Translations under genes and position numbers: made by a program
The notes under the pieces: generated by a model
The model's input: the letters and a program-made list of their open reading frames with translations, nothing else
Told to the model about the DNA's origin: nothing
The model's database searches: none
Part shown: positions 50,142 to 59,999 of the stretch, piece after piece
How positions within the stretch are numbered: position 1 is the stretch's first letter
How the letters are laid out: every line of letters begins with the position of its first letter
Source of the DNA: a virus
Taxonomy: Duplodnaviria > Caudoviricetes
Virus record (IMG/VR): IMGVR_UViG_3300045135_000802
Span: 1 to 63,811 of that record
Length of the DNA stretch: 63,811 bases
Direction: 5' to 3' (one strand)

Positions 50142-50414
50142 ATGGCGCTAACAAACACTAATGTACTAGCCGAAATTACTGAAAGATACAATTTAGATGA
50201 TACGATTGAATCCTCTATTACTGTATACAGATCAAAAACTGCTACATTTGATCAAATGGGTCCAGACTATCTATTGGGTGAAGGTTTCACTTTCGAAGGC
50301 ATAGAAATTAAAGGAACTATTGTCGATGCTCAAAAAGAGGTTGTAATTATTGGGGATCATACCCTAGTAGACGCTGATAGCGTTTGGACAGAATATAATC
50401 CAGAGATGTCATAA
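50142..50414 (+). CDS. Small acidic hypothetical protein
   Basis: 90 aa, GAGG SD, operon context. Confidence 0.7.
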   Translation: MALTNTNVLAEITERYNLDDTIESSITVYRSKTATFDQMGPDYLLGEGFTFEGIEIKGTIVDAQKEVVIIGDHTLVDADSVWTEYNPEMS

Positions 50415-50427
50415 GGGGGGATAGACA

Positions 50428-51549
50428 ATGTACGCAAAATTAGTTTTAAGGTCTGATTTGAATTCTTATCAAACATCATATCAGGTTAAATATTTTTTAA
50501 ATGATATTATTGATGTTATACGTGGATCATATACACTAACAACTAGTCTACGTAGTAGCGTTTTCAATCGGGGAGCATCCGTAATTATACCTGACGCTAC
50601 AGACTCTTCTTATTATTCAGATGGAAGTGGGTCTGTTACAAGCAGTAATTCCTCTAGCCAATATTTGGCAGCTACAAAAACGCACCACGCAAACCCTAGT
50701 ATGAAGACAAGATATAATATATCATTCAGGTATAATTACGGGTTTAACGTTACTATGGGAAATTCAAATGGCGCAAACTCTTGGCCAAACGGATCAGTTC
50801 ATTATGCATTGGGCTACTCACCCTTCGGTACGGGGACCAGCAGCAGTTCGACATACGCTTTGCAATCTTGTAAAGAAGTTCATATAGTAGCGACCAAATA
50901 TAGTTTAGTAATTCAGATGATTGCTACAGACGGGAAATACTACACATTTGTTCTAAATGACCTAGATTATATTGAGGGGGTCGATGACTATAACTTTTCA
51001 TCGAATTCATATGTTGTTCCTCAGGTTGGAATAATGTCATATGCTAACAATATGGTTCCAACACAAGTAGCTACGACAGCTGGATTTGTTGTGTATAGAC
51101 CTCAATTTTCGAAAGGAGATGGAACATATTCAGCTTCATCTACTACGACTGATACAGCGGCCACTATGTATCATTGGAACCCTATGGTTTCGAGTTCTTA
51201 CACCTTGTCTCCATACCCATCGATATACCCGATCCCTTGTTCTGTTATTAGGGAAATAAATGGTACGGGAGGCGTTAAATCGTTCCCATTGATTCCAGTA
51301 ATGTATAATGGATCTGGTGGCGCTTGGAACTCTACTAAGGCTGATCCAAGACACGGAACTATGACTGGAATGTATCGAGTTTCAGATAATGCTGGTAATA
51401 CTGGAGATACTATAACAGTCGGCGGGGAAACGTACAGATTGTTTAAAATTCACAGGTCCGGAAATGGTACTGTTAACATCAACCAACCTGATGTAGACGA
51501 TGCTAGAGATGTTGCGGTTTACGCATTTAAAGAGATCGTAGGAGCATAA
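50428..51549 (+). CDS. Hypothetical beta-rich structural protein
   Basis: 373 aa Ser/Tyr/Thr-rich; GDTITVGGETY C-terminal motif seen in virion proteins. Confidence 0.7.
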   Translation: MYAKLVLRSDLNSYQTSYQVKYFLNDIIDVIRGSYTLTTSLRSSVFNRGASVIIPDATDSSYYSDGSGSVTSSNSSSQYLAATKTHHANPSMKTRYNISFRYNYGFNVTMGNSNGANSWPNGSVHYALGYSPFGTGTSSSSTYALQSCKEVHIVATKYSLVIQMIATDGKYYTFVLNDLDYIEGVDDYNFSSNSYVVPQVGIMSYANNMVPTQVATTAGFVVYRPQFSKGDGTYSASSTTTDTAATMYHWNPMVSSSYTLSPYPSIYPIPCSVIREINGTGGVKSFPLIPVMYNGSGGAWNSTKADPRHGTMTGMYRVSDNAGNTGDTITVGGETYRLFKIHRSGNGTVNINQPDVDDARDVAVYAFKEIVGA

Positions 51550-51550
51550 T

Positions 51551-51721
51551 ATGGCTGCTAAAGGAACTGGGTATCAGGCTGCTCAACCAACTCTAACAAA
51601 CCTTACAGGTAAGTTGGTTCGATTGGCGTATAAACCTCAAACATTAGATGCATTTGAAGCTACGAATTCTTCGTCTTCATCATCTTCTACGGCTAACCCT
51701 CAGAGATGGTCTGACACATAA
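51551..51721 (+). CDS. Small hypothetical protein (56 aa, not in ORF track)
   Basis: AGGAG SD; MAAKGTGYQAAQPTLTNLTGKLVRLAYKPQTLDAFEATN-poly-S-TANPQRWSDT; fills the gap. Confidence 0.6.
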   Translation: MAAKGTGYQAAQPTLTNLTGKLVRLAYKPQTLDAFEATNSSSSSSSTANPQRWSDT

Positions 51722-51771
51722 TCAACCTAAATAAAGGCAAGTACATTATAATGACTTGGAGATAACACATA

Positions 51772-52734
51772 ATGACTACACAAACTCAAACTCAAACAAT
51801 CGCCAACACAGCACTTTCAACTGAGTTGGCTACTTATGAAAACGTTGTAAACAGCCTAGCGTTGATTACAGATAAAAACGAATTCCATGTTCCGGTTACT
51901 AAAGTATTTGGTGCCGGAACACTCGCTAAGACTGATTCGTTTGGCGGTCGTTCGCTTCAGGAGAATACTCAACTAGTTGATCAAGCTCTAACGAACACTA
52001 ACGAACTACAGAACATCTGGAACCGCAGTCACAGTCAGTGGGATTGGAAACATATCAACCTACATTATCATAGCAATTTCAAAAACGTTCGACAGATTGC
52101 TGCTGAAGTCAATCGTAAGAAACAAGCACTCGACGAAGCTAAGTGGAAGCATGTTCGTAACGAAATTGAAATTAAGAAAATTGAAGAAAAACTAAATAGT
52201 GGTGAACTTGATTACTGGGAAGAGGTTGATCTTAAGATCGATCTAGCTGAAAAGCGTGAACAGATGGCTTCAGGCTCAACGTATATCGAAGGTGCTATGA
52301 AAGATATTCTTTCGCTTAATGCCTTGTACGATGAGATGAAAGAACAATTTGAAGGGTTCACTGAAACAGATTTTGAACTTGAAGAATCGAAATCTCATCT
52401 GAAAAGAAGCTTGGTACAATGTATTCGTGATGTACGCCAGACTGGTTCTATTACCAAAGGCGAGCAAGAGTACCTAGAACAGATTGGCGTAAACCCTAGC
52501 AAGATGCTTGCTAAGATTCGTCAGTATGTTGAAGAAGAGCGCAAAGTGGATTCATGGGACACACGTATGCTTCATGAATTCGTAGATCATTGTACTAAAG
52601 AACTGATTGAGGTTCTACAAGTTGATAAAGTACGTATGGAACTAATGGGCTTCAACCCAGATCCGACAACTCTATTGGCTTACGATAAACCAGTTGCTTT
52701 AAAATTAGAACTTAAAGAAGAACAAGGGGAATAA
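51772..52734 (+). CDS. Helical/coiled-coil hypothetical protein
   Basis: 320 aa, GGAG SD, CTAAATA late-promoter variant upstream; RSHSQW, RQIAAEVNRKKQAL, GEQEYLEQIGVNP. Confidence 0.8.
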   Translation: MTTQTQTQTIANTALSTELATYENVVNSLALITDKNEFHVPVTKVFGAGTLAKTDSFGGRSLQENTQLVDQALTNTNELQNIWNRSHSQWDWKHINLHYHSNFKNVRQIAAEVNRKKQALDEAKWKHVRNEIEIKKIEEKLNSGELDYWEEVDLKIDLAEKREQMASGSTYIEGAMKDILSLNALYDEMKEQFEGFTETDFELEESKSHLKRSLVQCIRDVRQTGSITKGEQEYLEQIGVNPSKMLAKIRQYVEEERKVDSWDTRMLHEFVDHCTKELIEVLQVDKVRMELMGFNPDPTTLLAYDKPVALKLELKEEQGE

Positions 52735-52735
52735 A

Positions 52736-53053
52736 ATGCCTATCGTAGAATACAAACTACACAAAGTCGGTAAGAACGCTTTAAGAGCTCCAGAGTGGGT
52801 TGATGATGGCGGCTACTGGCAGAACCCAGCAGACAACACTATGGTTGGTTGGGTTCCAGCTGAAGCAGACAGAGAATACTACGTTCCTGATACTGTATCT
52901 GAACTTACACGTGATCAGTTTATCACTCGTCTAACAACGATGCATGCGGCTAATGCATTCTCTCAGCCTTCTGAGGGCGGTGAACCTACAGATATGACTG
53001 AAGCTGAAGTTCAGACTATGGCTGGAGATTGGTACGATTCGTTCCACGCATAA
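52736..53053 (+). CDS. Hypothetical protein
   Basis: 105 aa, APEWVDDGGYW, GWVP...EYYVPDTV. Confidence 0.8.
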   Translation: MPIVEYKLHKVGKNALRAPEWVDDGGYWQNPADNTMVGWVPAEADREYYVPDTVSELTRDQFITRLTTMHAANAFSQPSEGGEPTDMTEAEVQTMAGDWYDSFHA

Positions 53054-53090
53054 ATATAATTAACAATAACTTATTCGAAGGGATCTAATC

Positions 53091-54227
53091 GTGCCTATAA
53101 ATTTATCCAATTTAAAAAGTATTCTAGACAGTCTACTAGAAGCTAATGCGGCTGTAGACTCCGTAGAAACGAATCGATTACAAGCCCTCTCGAATACGTT
53201 TGTTGATTTGCGTGGCGGACTAACGTACACAAGCAATACTCAGTTCCCTACTCCTGATGGGTCTAACGCTGGGTCTATTGTAGAAGATCTAAGTTCAAAT
53301 ACTTTCTACTTCTCTACAGGTAGCGAATGGAGAGTGTTTAATACTAGTAACACGATTGTTGATCAGACTGTTCCTTGGACATTCCAAGGAAGTAACTATG
53401 GGTATAGTTCTGGCGGCGAGCCAACTACAAACATAATCGACAAGTTCCCGTTTGCGGTTGATTCTAACGCTACTGACGTTGGAGATCTGTCGGTTGCTAG
53501 GCATTATTCAGCAGGTCAATCATCGGAAACTTACGGATATTCTTCTGGCGGTTATAATACTGCTGAGGTAAACATCATCGATAAGTTTCCGTTCGCAGTT
53601 GATGCTAACGCAACTGATGTTGGCGATCTAACGGTTGTTAGGTTTGGTTCTGCGGGTCAGTCGTCTACCGACTATGGTTATACTTCTGGTGGTGCGGTTC
53701 ACCCGTACACAAACACGATTGATAAGTTTCCTTTCGCTGCTGACGGTAATGCTACGGATGTTGGCGATCTAACGTTTTCGCCCTATGGCGTAGCGGGTCA
53801 ATCCTCTACCGAGTACGGTTATGCTGCTGGCGGACTTTTAGCCCCTGCAGTAAGCACTATTAATAAGTTTCCTTTCGCAACAGACGGTAATGCTACTTTT
53901 GTTGGGAACCTAACGGTTGCTAGGTATAAGCAAACTGGACAATCATCTTCAGACTATGGATATACTTCTGGAGGAGGAAATCCCGCAGCAACAAACATAA
54001 TCGATAAGTTCCCGTTTGCTTCTGATGCTAATGCGACTGATGTAGGTGATCTAACGGTTTCACGGTTTCAAATTGCTGGTCAATCGTCTACGGATTACGG
54101 ATACGCTTCTGGCGGGGCGCCAGCCTTAAACGTAATCGACAAGTTCTCGTTCTCAGCTGACGGTAATGCGACTGATGTAGGCGACCTAACAGTTGCTCGT
54201 CAGTCTGCAGCAGGACAACAATACTAA
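53091..54227 (+). CDS. Kelch-like propeller protein 3
   Basis: About 95-aa N-domain plus six repeats, ends QQY. Confidence 0.85.
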   Translation: MPINLSNLKSILDSLLEANAAVDSVETNRLQALSNTFVDLRGGLTYTSNTQFPTPDGSNAGSIVEDLSSNTFYFSTGSEWRVFNTSNTIVDQTVPWTFQGSNYGYSSGGEPTTNIIDKFPFAVDSNATDVGDLSVARHYSAGQSSETYGYSSGGYNTAEVNIIDKFPFAVDANATDVGDLTVVRFGSAGQSSTDYGYTSGGAVHPYTNTIDKFPFAADGNATDVGDLTFSPYGVAGQSSTEYGYAAGGLLAPAVSTINKFPFATDGNATFVGNLTVARYKQTGQSSSDYGYTSGGGNPAATNIIDKFPFASDANATDVGDLTVSRFQIAGQSSTDYGYASGGAPALNVIDKFSFSADGNATDVGDLTVARQSAAGQQY

Positions 54228-54236
54228 GGATTAAGA

Positions 54237-55388
54237 ATGGCTATTAATACTACACACATATTAACCGCTATCCAAAATATTGTTGGCTCGGCTAATACAG
54301 ATAATATTTCTACACAAACAATGATTGATCTTGTAAAAGCATCTAAGTCATTGTATGGCGGTTCAGTTCTAGAATCATATGCTAATACTTCGTTCTTTCC
54401 TACAGCGGAAAGCAGTCATAAGACACTAGCATTTGATGAGGCAACAAGAACTCTATACCTAAACGATTCAGGCGTATGGACAGCACTTGATGCTACCGTT
54501 CCTTCAGCTGCTGGCAGCAGTAGTTACACATTCCAAGGAAGCAACTATGGTTACTCTTCTGGCGGAAATCCAGGAACAAACGTTATTGATAAGTTCCCGT
54601 TCTCAGCTGATGCTAACGCATCTGATGTTGGTGATCTAACGGTTTCTAGATATCAATCAGCGGGTCAATCGTCATCTGATTACGGGTATACTTCTGGCGG
54701 AATACCAAGTCCAGGAGGCATAAACGAAATCGACAAGTTCCCGTTCTCAACTGATGCGAATGCTACTGATGTGGGCGATCTAACGGTAGGAAGAAGATTT
54801 ATGTCGGGACAATCCTCTTCCGAATATGGCTACACTTCTGGTGGATATTATCCCGCACAGTCAGATGTTATTGATAAGTTTCCGTTCTCAACTGATGCTA
54901 ATGCTACGGATGTAGGAAATCTAACGGTTGCAAAGGGGGTAACAGGAGGACAATCGTCTTCAGAATATGGTTATGTTTCTGGAACCGCTTGGCCATTTGG
55001 TACCGTAATTGAGAAATTTTCATTTTCAACTGACGTTGATGCTACTGATGTTGGTGATCTAACGGCAGCAAAGTGGAAGATGACTGGTCAGTCTTCTTCA
55101 GATTATGGCTACAACTCCGGAGGTGTTACAGATCCTGGAGTTTACCAGAACGTAATCGAAAAGTTTCCGTTCGCATCTGACGGAAATTCAGCTGATGTCG
55201 GTGATCTAACCGTTGCTAGAAATGCTCCAGCAGGTCAATCATCTACCGATTACGGTTATACTTCTGGCGGTTATTTGCCAGGAATCACGAACATAATCGA
55301 CAAGTTCTCGTTCTCATCTGATGGTAATGCTAGCGACGTAGGCGATCTAACGGCTTCTAGAAATTACGCAGTAGGACAACAATACTAA
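54237..55388 (+). CDS. Kelch-like propeller protein 4
   Basis: N-domain ESYANTS.FPTA plus six repeats, ends QQY. Confidence 0.85.
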   Translation: MAINTTHILTAIQNIVGSANTDNISTQTMIDLVKASKSLYGGSVLESYANTSFFPTAESSHKTLAFDEATRTLYLNDSGVWTALDATVPSAAGSSSYTFQGSNYGYSSGGNPGTNVIDKFPFSADANASDVGDLTVSRYQSAGQSSSDYGYTSGGIPSPGGINEIDKFPFSTDANATDVGDLTVGRRFMSGQSSSEYGYTSGGYYPAQSDVIDKFPFSTDANATDVGNLTVAKGVTGGQSSSEYGYVSGTAWPFGTVIEKFSFSTDVDATDVGDLTAAKWKMTGQSSSDYGYNSGGVTDPGVYQNVIEKFPFASDGNSADVGDLTVARNAPAGQSSTDYGYTSGGYLPGITNIIDKFSFSSDGNASDVGDLTASRNYAVGQQY

Positions 55389-55400
55389 GGATAATAAGAA

Positions 55401-56558
55401 ATGGCAATAGATACTACACACATATTATCCGTTATTCAGAATATTGTTGGTGCGGCTAATAGTACTAATATTGATACGGAAGGATTAACAAATCTTCTTA
55501 AGTCTTCAAAACGACTATATGGCGGTGCTGTAATAGAGTCTTATGCTAACACAAGCGTATTCCCTACAGCAAACAGTACGGTTAAGACACTAGCATTTGA
55601 TGAGTCGACAAGAACTCTATATCTAAACGATTCAGGTGTATGGACTGCTGCTGGAGCTACAGTTCCTGATGCTGCTGCTGGCGGCAGTAGTTGGTCGTTC
55701 CAAGGAAGCAACTACGGTTACACTTCTGGTGGTTCAACCCCCTCCACTTCAAACGTCATCGACAAGTTCCCATTCTCAACAGACGCTAACGCAACTGATG
55801 TAGGTGATCTAATAAGTGTTTTGAGAAGGGGCGCAGGTCAATCATCTACTGAGTATGGTTATCAATCTGGTGGTGAATCTCCGGCTGATGCAACATCAAA
55901 TATAATCCAGAAGTTTGCTTTTGCAACTGACGGCAACGCAACCGATGTCGGTAATCTATCGGTCGGTAGACGTGAAACTACAGGGGCATCTTCTTCCGAT
56001 TCCGGTTACACTATTGGCGGTTATACCGGATTAAGATCAAACGTAATCGACAAGTTCCCGTTTGCTTCTGATGCTGATGCAACCGATGTCGGCGATTTAA
56101 CAGAAAATATGAGAATGTCCGCAGGGCAATCATCAACCGATTATGGATATTCTTCTGGTGGTAATAGCGATAGCACGAGCTATATGACCACAATACAAAA
56201 ATTCCCGTTCTCATCTGATGCTAATGCTACTGATGTTGGTGATCTGACGGCTGGTAGATATATGTCAGCAGGTCAATCATCAGCTGACTATGGGTATACT
56301 TCTGGTGGAGGATATCCAGCGGTAAATATAATAGACAAGTTTCCGTTTGCGGCAGATGGAAATGCAACAGATGTAGGTGATCTAACCGCTGGTAGATATA
56401 GCGTTGCAGGACAATCGTCTACGGATTACGGATATTCTTCTGGCGGCACTCCGATGACTAACGTCATCGACAAGTTCCCGTTTTCGTCTGACGCTAACGC
56501 AACTGATGTTGGTGATCTAACGGTCGCTAGATTTGGTCCAGCAGGACAACAATACTAA
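55401..56558 (+). CDS. Kelch-like propeller protein 5
   Basis: N-domain close to protein 4 plus six repeats, ends QQY. Confidence 0.85.
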   Translation: MAIDTTHILSVIQNIVGAANSTNIDTEGLTNLLKSSKRLYGGAVIESYANTSVFPTANSTVKTLAFDESTRTLYLNDSGVWTAAGATVPDAAAGGSSWSFQGSNYGYTSGGSTPSTSNVIDKFPFSTDANATDVGDLISVLRRGAGQSSTEYGYQSGGESPADATSNIIQKFAFATDGNATDVGNLSVGRRETTGASSSDSGYTIGGYTGLRSNVIDKFPFASDADATDVGDLTENMRMSAGQSSTDYGYSSGGNSDSTSYMTTIQKFPFSSDANATDVGDLTAGRYMSAGQSSADYGYTSGGGYPAVNIIDKFPFAADGNATDVGDLTAGRYSVAGQSSTDYGYSSGGTPMTNVIDKFPFSSDANATDVGDLTVARFGPAGQQY

Positions 56559-56568
56559 GGATTAAACG

Positions 56569-57681
56569 ATGCCAGCTAATACAATAAACACAATAGCGTC
56601 ATTTACGGTAGATACAGATCCTTTTGAGATCCTACAGACGATTAAAACAGTAACGTCAACTGATGTTGCTAATAACATTTATGCTTATGCTAACACGTTG
56701 CCGACTGCTAACACGATTAATCTCGGAATGACTGCTTACGTTTACAATGACGGTCTTTACATCTGCGATGGAACTCAGTGGTATCCGTTGGCGAATACTT
56801 ATACGTATATCCCTCCTTCTTGGACGTTCCAAGGAAGTAACTACGGATATATTTCTGGCGGTTATCCGACATCAACAAAAACCGTCGATAAGTTCTCATT
56901 CTCAGCTGACGGTAACGCTACCGATGTTGGTGATCTAACGGTTGCTAGAAGTGATCTAGCAGGGCAATCGTCTACCGACTATGGCTACACTTCTGGGGGA
57001 ACAATATGGCCAAGCTACTACAATATCATCGATAAGTTCCCATTCTCAACTGATGCTAATGCTACAGATGTCGGCGATCTAACGGTTTCTAGATCTGGAC
57101 CAGCTGGACAATCTTCAATTGACTACGGCTACGCTTCTGGCGGTTATAACGGTTCAGCAACCTCAAACGTCATCGACAAGTTCCCCTTTTCTACTGACGC
57201 TAATGCTACTGACGTTGGTAATCTAACGGTTGCTAGGGCAAATCTGGCTGGTCAATCATCTACTGACTATGGCTACACTTCTGGCGGTAGCGCTCCAGGA
57301 GCTACAAACGTAATTGAAAAGTTTCCGTTTTCAACCGACGCTAATGCTACTGATGTAGGCGATCTAACGGCTGCTAGATATGCATTATCAGGTCAATCAT
57401 CTACTGACTACGGTTACACTTCTGGCGGTAATCCGCCATACTCAAACGTCATCGACAAGTTCCCATTCGCAGCCGACGCTAATGCTACAGATGTTGGGGA
57501 CCTAACATTAAATAAGGAAAGGTCGTCAGGTCAATCGTCTACTGACTACGGCTACACTTCTGGGGGAACTTTATTAAACGAAAACGTTATCGAAAAGTTC
57601 CCGTTTGCTACTGATGCTAATGCGACCGACGTTGGCGACCTAACAGCTAATAAATATGCCGCAGCAGGACAACAATACTAA
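56569..57681 (+). CDS. Kelch-like propeller protein 6
   Basis: N-domain NNIYAYANTLPTAN plus six repeats, ends QQY. Confidence 0.85.
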   Translation: MPANTINTIASFTVDTDPFEILQTIKTVTSTDVANNIYAYANTLPTANTINLGMTAYVYNDGLYICDGTQWYPLANTYTYIPPSWTFQGSNYGYISGGYPTSTKTVDKFSFSADGNATDVGDLTVARSDLAGQSSTDYGYTSGGTIWPSYYNIIDKFPFSTDANATDVGDLTVSRSGPAGQSSIDYGYASGGYNGSATSNVIDKFPFSTDANATDVGNLTVARANLAGQSSTDYGYTSGGSAPGATNVIEKFPFSTDANATDVGDLTAARYALSGQSSTDYGYTSGGNPPYSNVIDKFPFAADANATDVGDLTLNKERSSGQSSTDYGYTSGGTLLNENVIEKFPFATDANATDVGDLTANKYAAAGQQY

Positions 57682-57691
57682 GGATTAAACG

Positions 57692-58843
57692 ATGCCTATT
57701 AATATATCAAATATAACAAGTATTCTAAATTCTAGTATTGAGTCTGCTAACACTTCTACAGATACACTAGAACTTATGAAGATGGCTTCTCTTGCTGATT
57801 CGTTGAATGAAGTTAGAGGTTCCTTAGTGTATTCTAGTAATACTGAGTTCCCCACACCAAGCATTACTAACGCTGGAGCTATCGTAAAAGACTCAAGTGC
57901 TAACACATTCTACTTCTCTACAGGTGAAGAGTGGAGAGTGTTTGGGTTGTATGAAGCACCTGCTTGGTCGTTTGGTGGAAGCAATTATGGATATACGTCT
58001 GGGGGTGTAGGTAGCGGTTATTTAAGTTCAATAGAGAAATTTTCTTTTTCGTCAGATGGAAACGCTACATCTGCGGGGTCTCTAACAGTAAACAATTCTT
58101 ATGCTGGATCAGGACACTCTTCTTCTACTTATGGATACGTTGCTGGGGGGCAAGCGCCCCCTTCGGTAAACGTAATACAGAAGTTTGAATTCGCTTCTGA
58201 TGGCGACACAACGGATGTCGGGGATTTGTTGTTTATAGTTCAACGTCAGGCAGGACAATCATCTTCAGACTATGGCTACACTTCTGGCGGTGCCCACCCT
58301 TTAAATAGTTTCGAAAACACTATACAAAAATTTTCTTTCTCGTCAGACGCTGACGCCGCTGATGTAGGTGACTTAACGGTTGGTAGATCCAACCCTGCCG
58401 GTCAATCATCTACTGACTATGGTTACACTTCCGGTGGACTAGAGCCTGCAACTTCAACTGTAATCGACAAGTTCCCATTTTCTACTGACGCTAATGCAAC
58501 TGACGTTGGCGATCTTTCCGCCACTAGAGCATACGCATCCGGACAATCATCTTCAGAATATGGTTACAATTCTGGAGGGCAGGTTAGCACCTCAAAAACA
58601 AACGTTATCGATAAGTTTTCTTTTGCAACGGATGCGAATGCTACTGATGTAGGTGATCTAACGGTTGTTAGAAAACAACCAGCAGGACAATCGTCTACGG
58701 ATTATGGTTACACTTCTGGAGGAGAACCGTCTCCAGTTTTATCTAATGTAATTGATAAGTTTCCGTTCGCATCTGACGCTAATGCTACTGATGTTGGCGA
58801 TCTAACAACTGCTAGATATGGCGCAACAGGACAACAATACTAA
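57692..58843 (+). CDS. Kelch-like propeller protein 7
   Basis: N-domain close to protein 3 plus six repeats, ends QQY. Confidence 0.85.
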   Translation: MPINISNITSILNSSIESANTSTDTLELMKMASLADSLNEVRGSLVYSSNTEFPTPSITNAGAIVKDSSANTFYFSTGEEWRVFGLYEAPAWSFGGSNYGYTSGGVGSGYLSSIEKFSFSSDGNATSAGSLTVNNSYAGSGHSSSTYGYVAGGQAPPSVNVIQKFEFASDGDTTDVGDLLFIVQRQAGQSSSDYGYTSGGAHPLNSFENTIQKFSFSSDADAADVGDLTVGRSNPAGQSSTDYGYTSGGLEPATSTVIDKFPFSTDANATDVGDLSATRAYASGQSSSEYGYNSGGQVSTSKTNVIDKFSFATDANATDVGDLTVVRKQPAGQSSTDYGYTSGGEPSPVLSNVIDKFPFASDANATDVGDLTTARYGATGQQY

Positions 58844-58852
58844 GGATTAAAC

Positions 58853-59992
58853 ATGGCAGCTAATACACAAAACCTGATAACGACGGTATCCTCTATTGTT
58901 GGAACATATTCTGAAAGCACTAGTGTTGACGATATCCTTAGAGGAATTAAACTTGTAAACAAAGTAGATTCAGCAAACAACATCTATGCTTATGCTAATA
59001 CATTGCCTACTGCTAACAGCATAACCGTTGGTATGACTGCTTATGTAGATAACGATGGCTTGTATATTTGTGACGGAGCTCAGTGGTATCCGTTGGCGAA
59101 TACGTATACAGCACCTGCTTGGTCGTTTGGCGGAAGCAACTACGGTTACTCTTCTGGGGGTATGGCTCCACCATATTCAAACATCATTGATAAGTTTCCG
59201 TTCGCAACCGATGCGAATGCTACGGATGTCGGTGATCTAACGGTTGCTAGGCGTTACTTAACGGGGCAATCGTCTACCGTTTACGGTTACTCTTCTGGCG
59301 GTAATATCCCCCCAAACACAAACGTTATCGAAAAGTTCTCATTCTCAACTGATGGTAATTCTACTAGTGTTGGTACTCTAACGGTTGCTAGATATGGCGC
59401 AGCAGGTCAATCGTCAGCTGACTACGGATACAATTCTGGCGGATCTCCAACAACCCCAAGAACAATCGATAAGTTCCCGTTCGCATCTGATGGCGCTTCT
59501 ACTTATGTTGGCGATCAAACGGTTGTTAGAGTCTACATGGCAGGACAATCATCTTCAGAATACGGTTACACTTCTGGAGGATATAATCCCGCTACTACTC
59601 CAACATACTCAAACGTCATTGACAAATTCCCGTTCGCTGCTGATGCTAACTCAACTGGCGTTGGAGACCTAACGGTCGCCAGAAATAGCCCAGCAGGTCA
59701 ATCATCTTCAGATTACGGGTATTCTTCTGGTGGAACTGCTCCGCCATACTCAAACGTCATTGACAAATTCCCGTTCGCAACTGACGCTAATGCTACTGAT
59801 GTCGGTGATCTAACGGTTACTAGGCGTTACGTAACGGGTCAATCATCTACCGATTATGGATACTCTTCTGGTGGATACTTTCCGACCGGATACAACGTAA
59901 TCGACAAGTTCTCATTCTCGGCTGACGCTAATGCTACTGATGTCGGGGATCTAACGGTTGGTAGATATGGCGTAGCAGGACAACAGTACTAA
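58853..59992 (+). CDS. Kelch-like propeller protein 8
   Basis: N-domain close to protein 6 plus six repeats, ends QQY. Confidence 0.85.
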   Translation: MAANTQNLITTVSSIVGTYSESTSVDDILRGIKLVNKVDSANNIYAYANTLPTANSITVGMTAYVDNDGLYICDGAQWYPLANTYTAPAWSFGGSNYGYSSGGMAPPYSNIIDKFPFATDANATDVGDLTVARRYLTGQSSTVYGYSSGGNIPPNTNVIEKFSFSTDGNSTSVGTLTVARYGAAGQSSADYGYNSGGSPTTPRTIDKFPFASDGASTYVGDQTVVRVYMAGQSSSEYGYTSGGYNPATTPTYSNVIDKFPFAADANSTGVGDLTVARNSPAGQSSSDYGYSSGGTAPPYSNVIDKFPFATDANATDVGDLTVTRRYVTGQSSTDYGYSSGGYFPTGYNVIDKFSFSADANATDVGDLTVGRYGVAGQQY

Positions 59993-59999
59993 ATAATGT

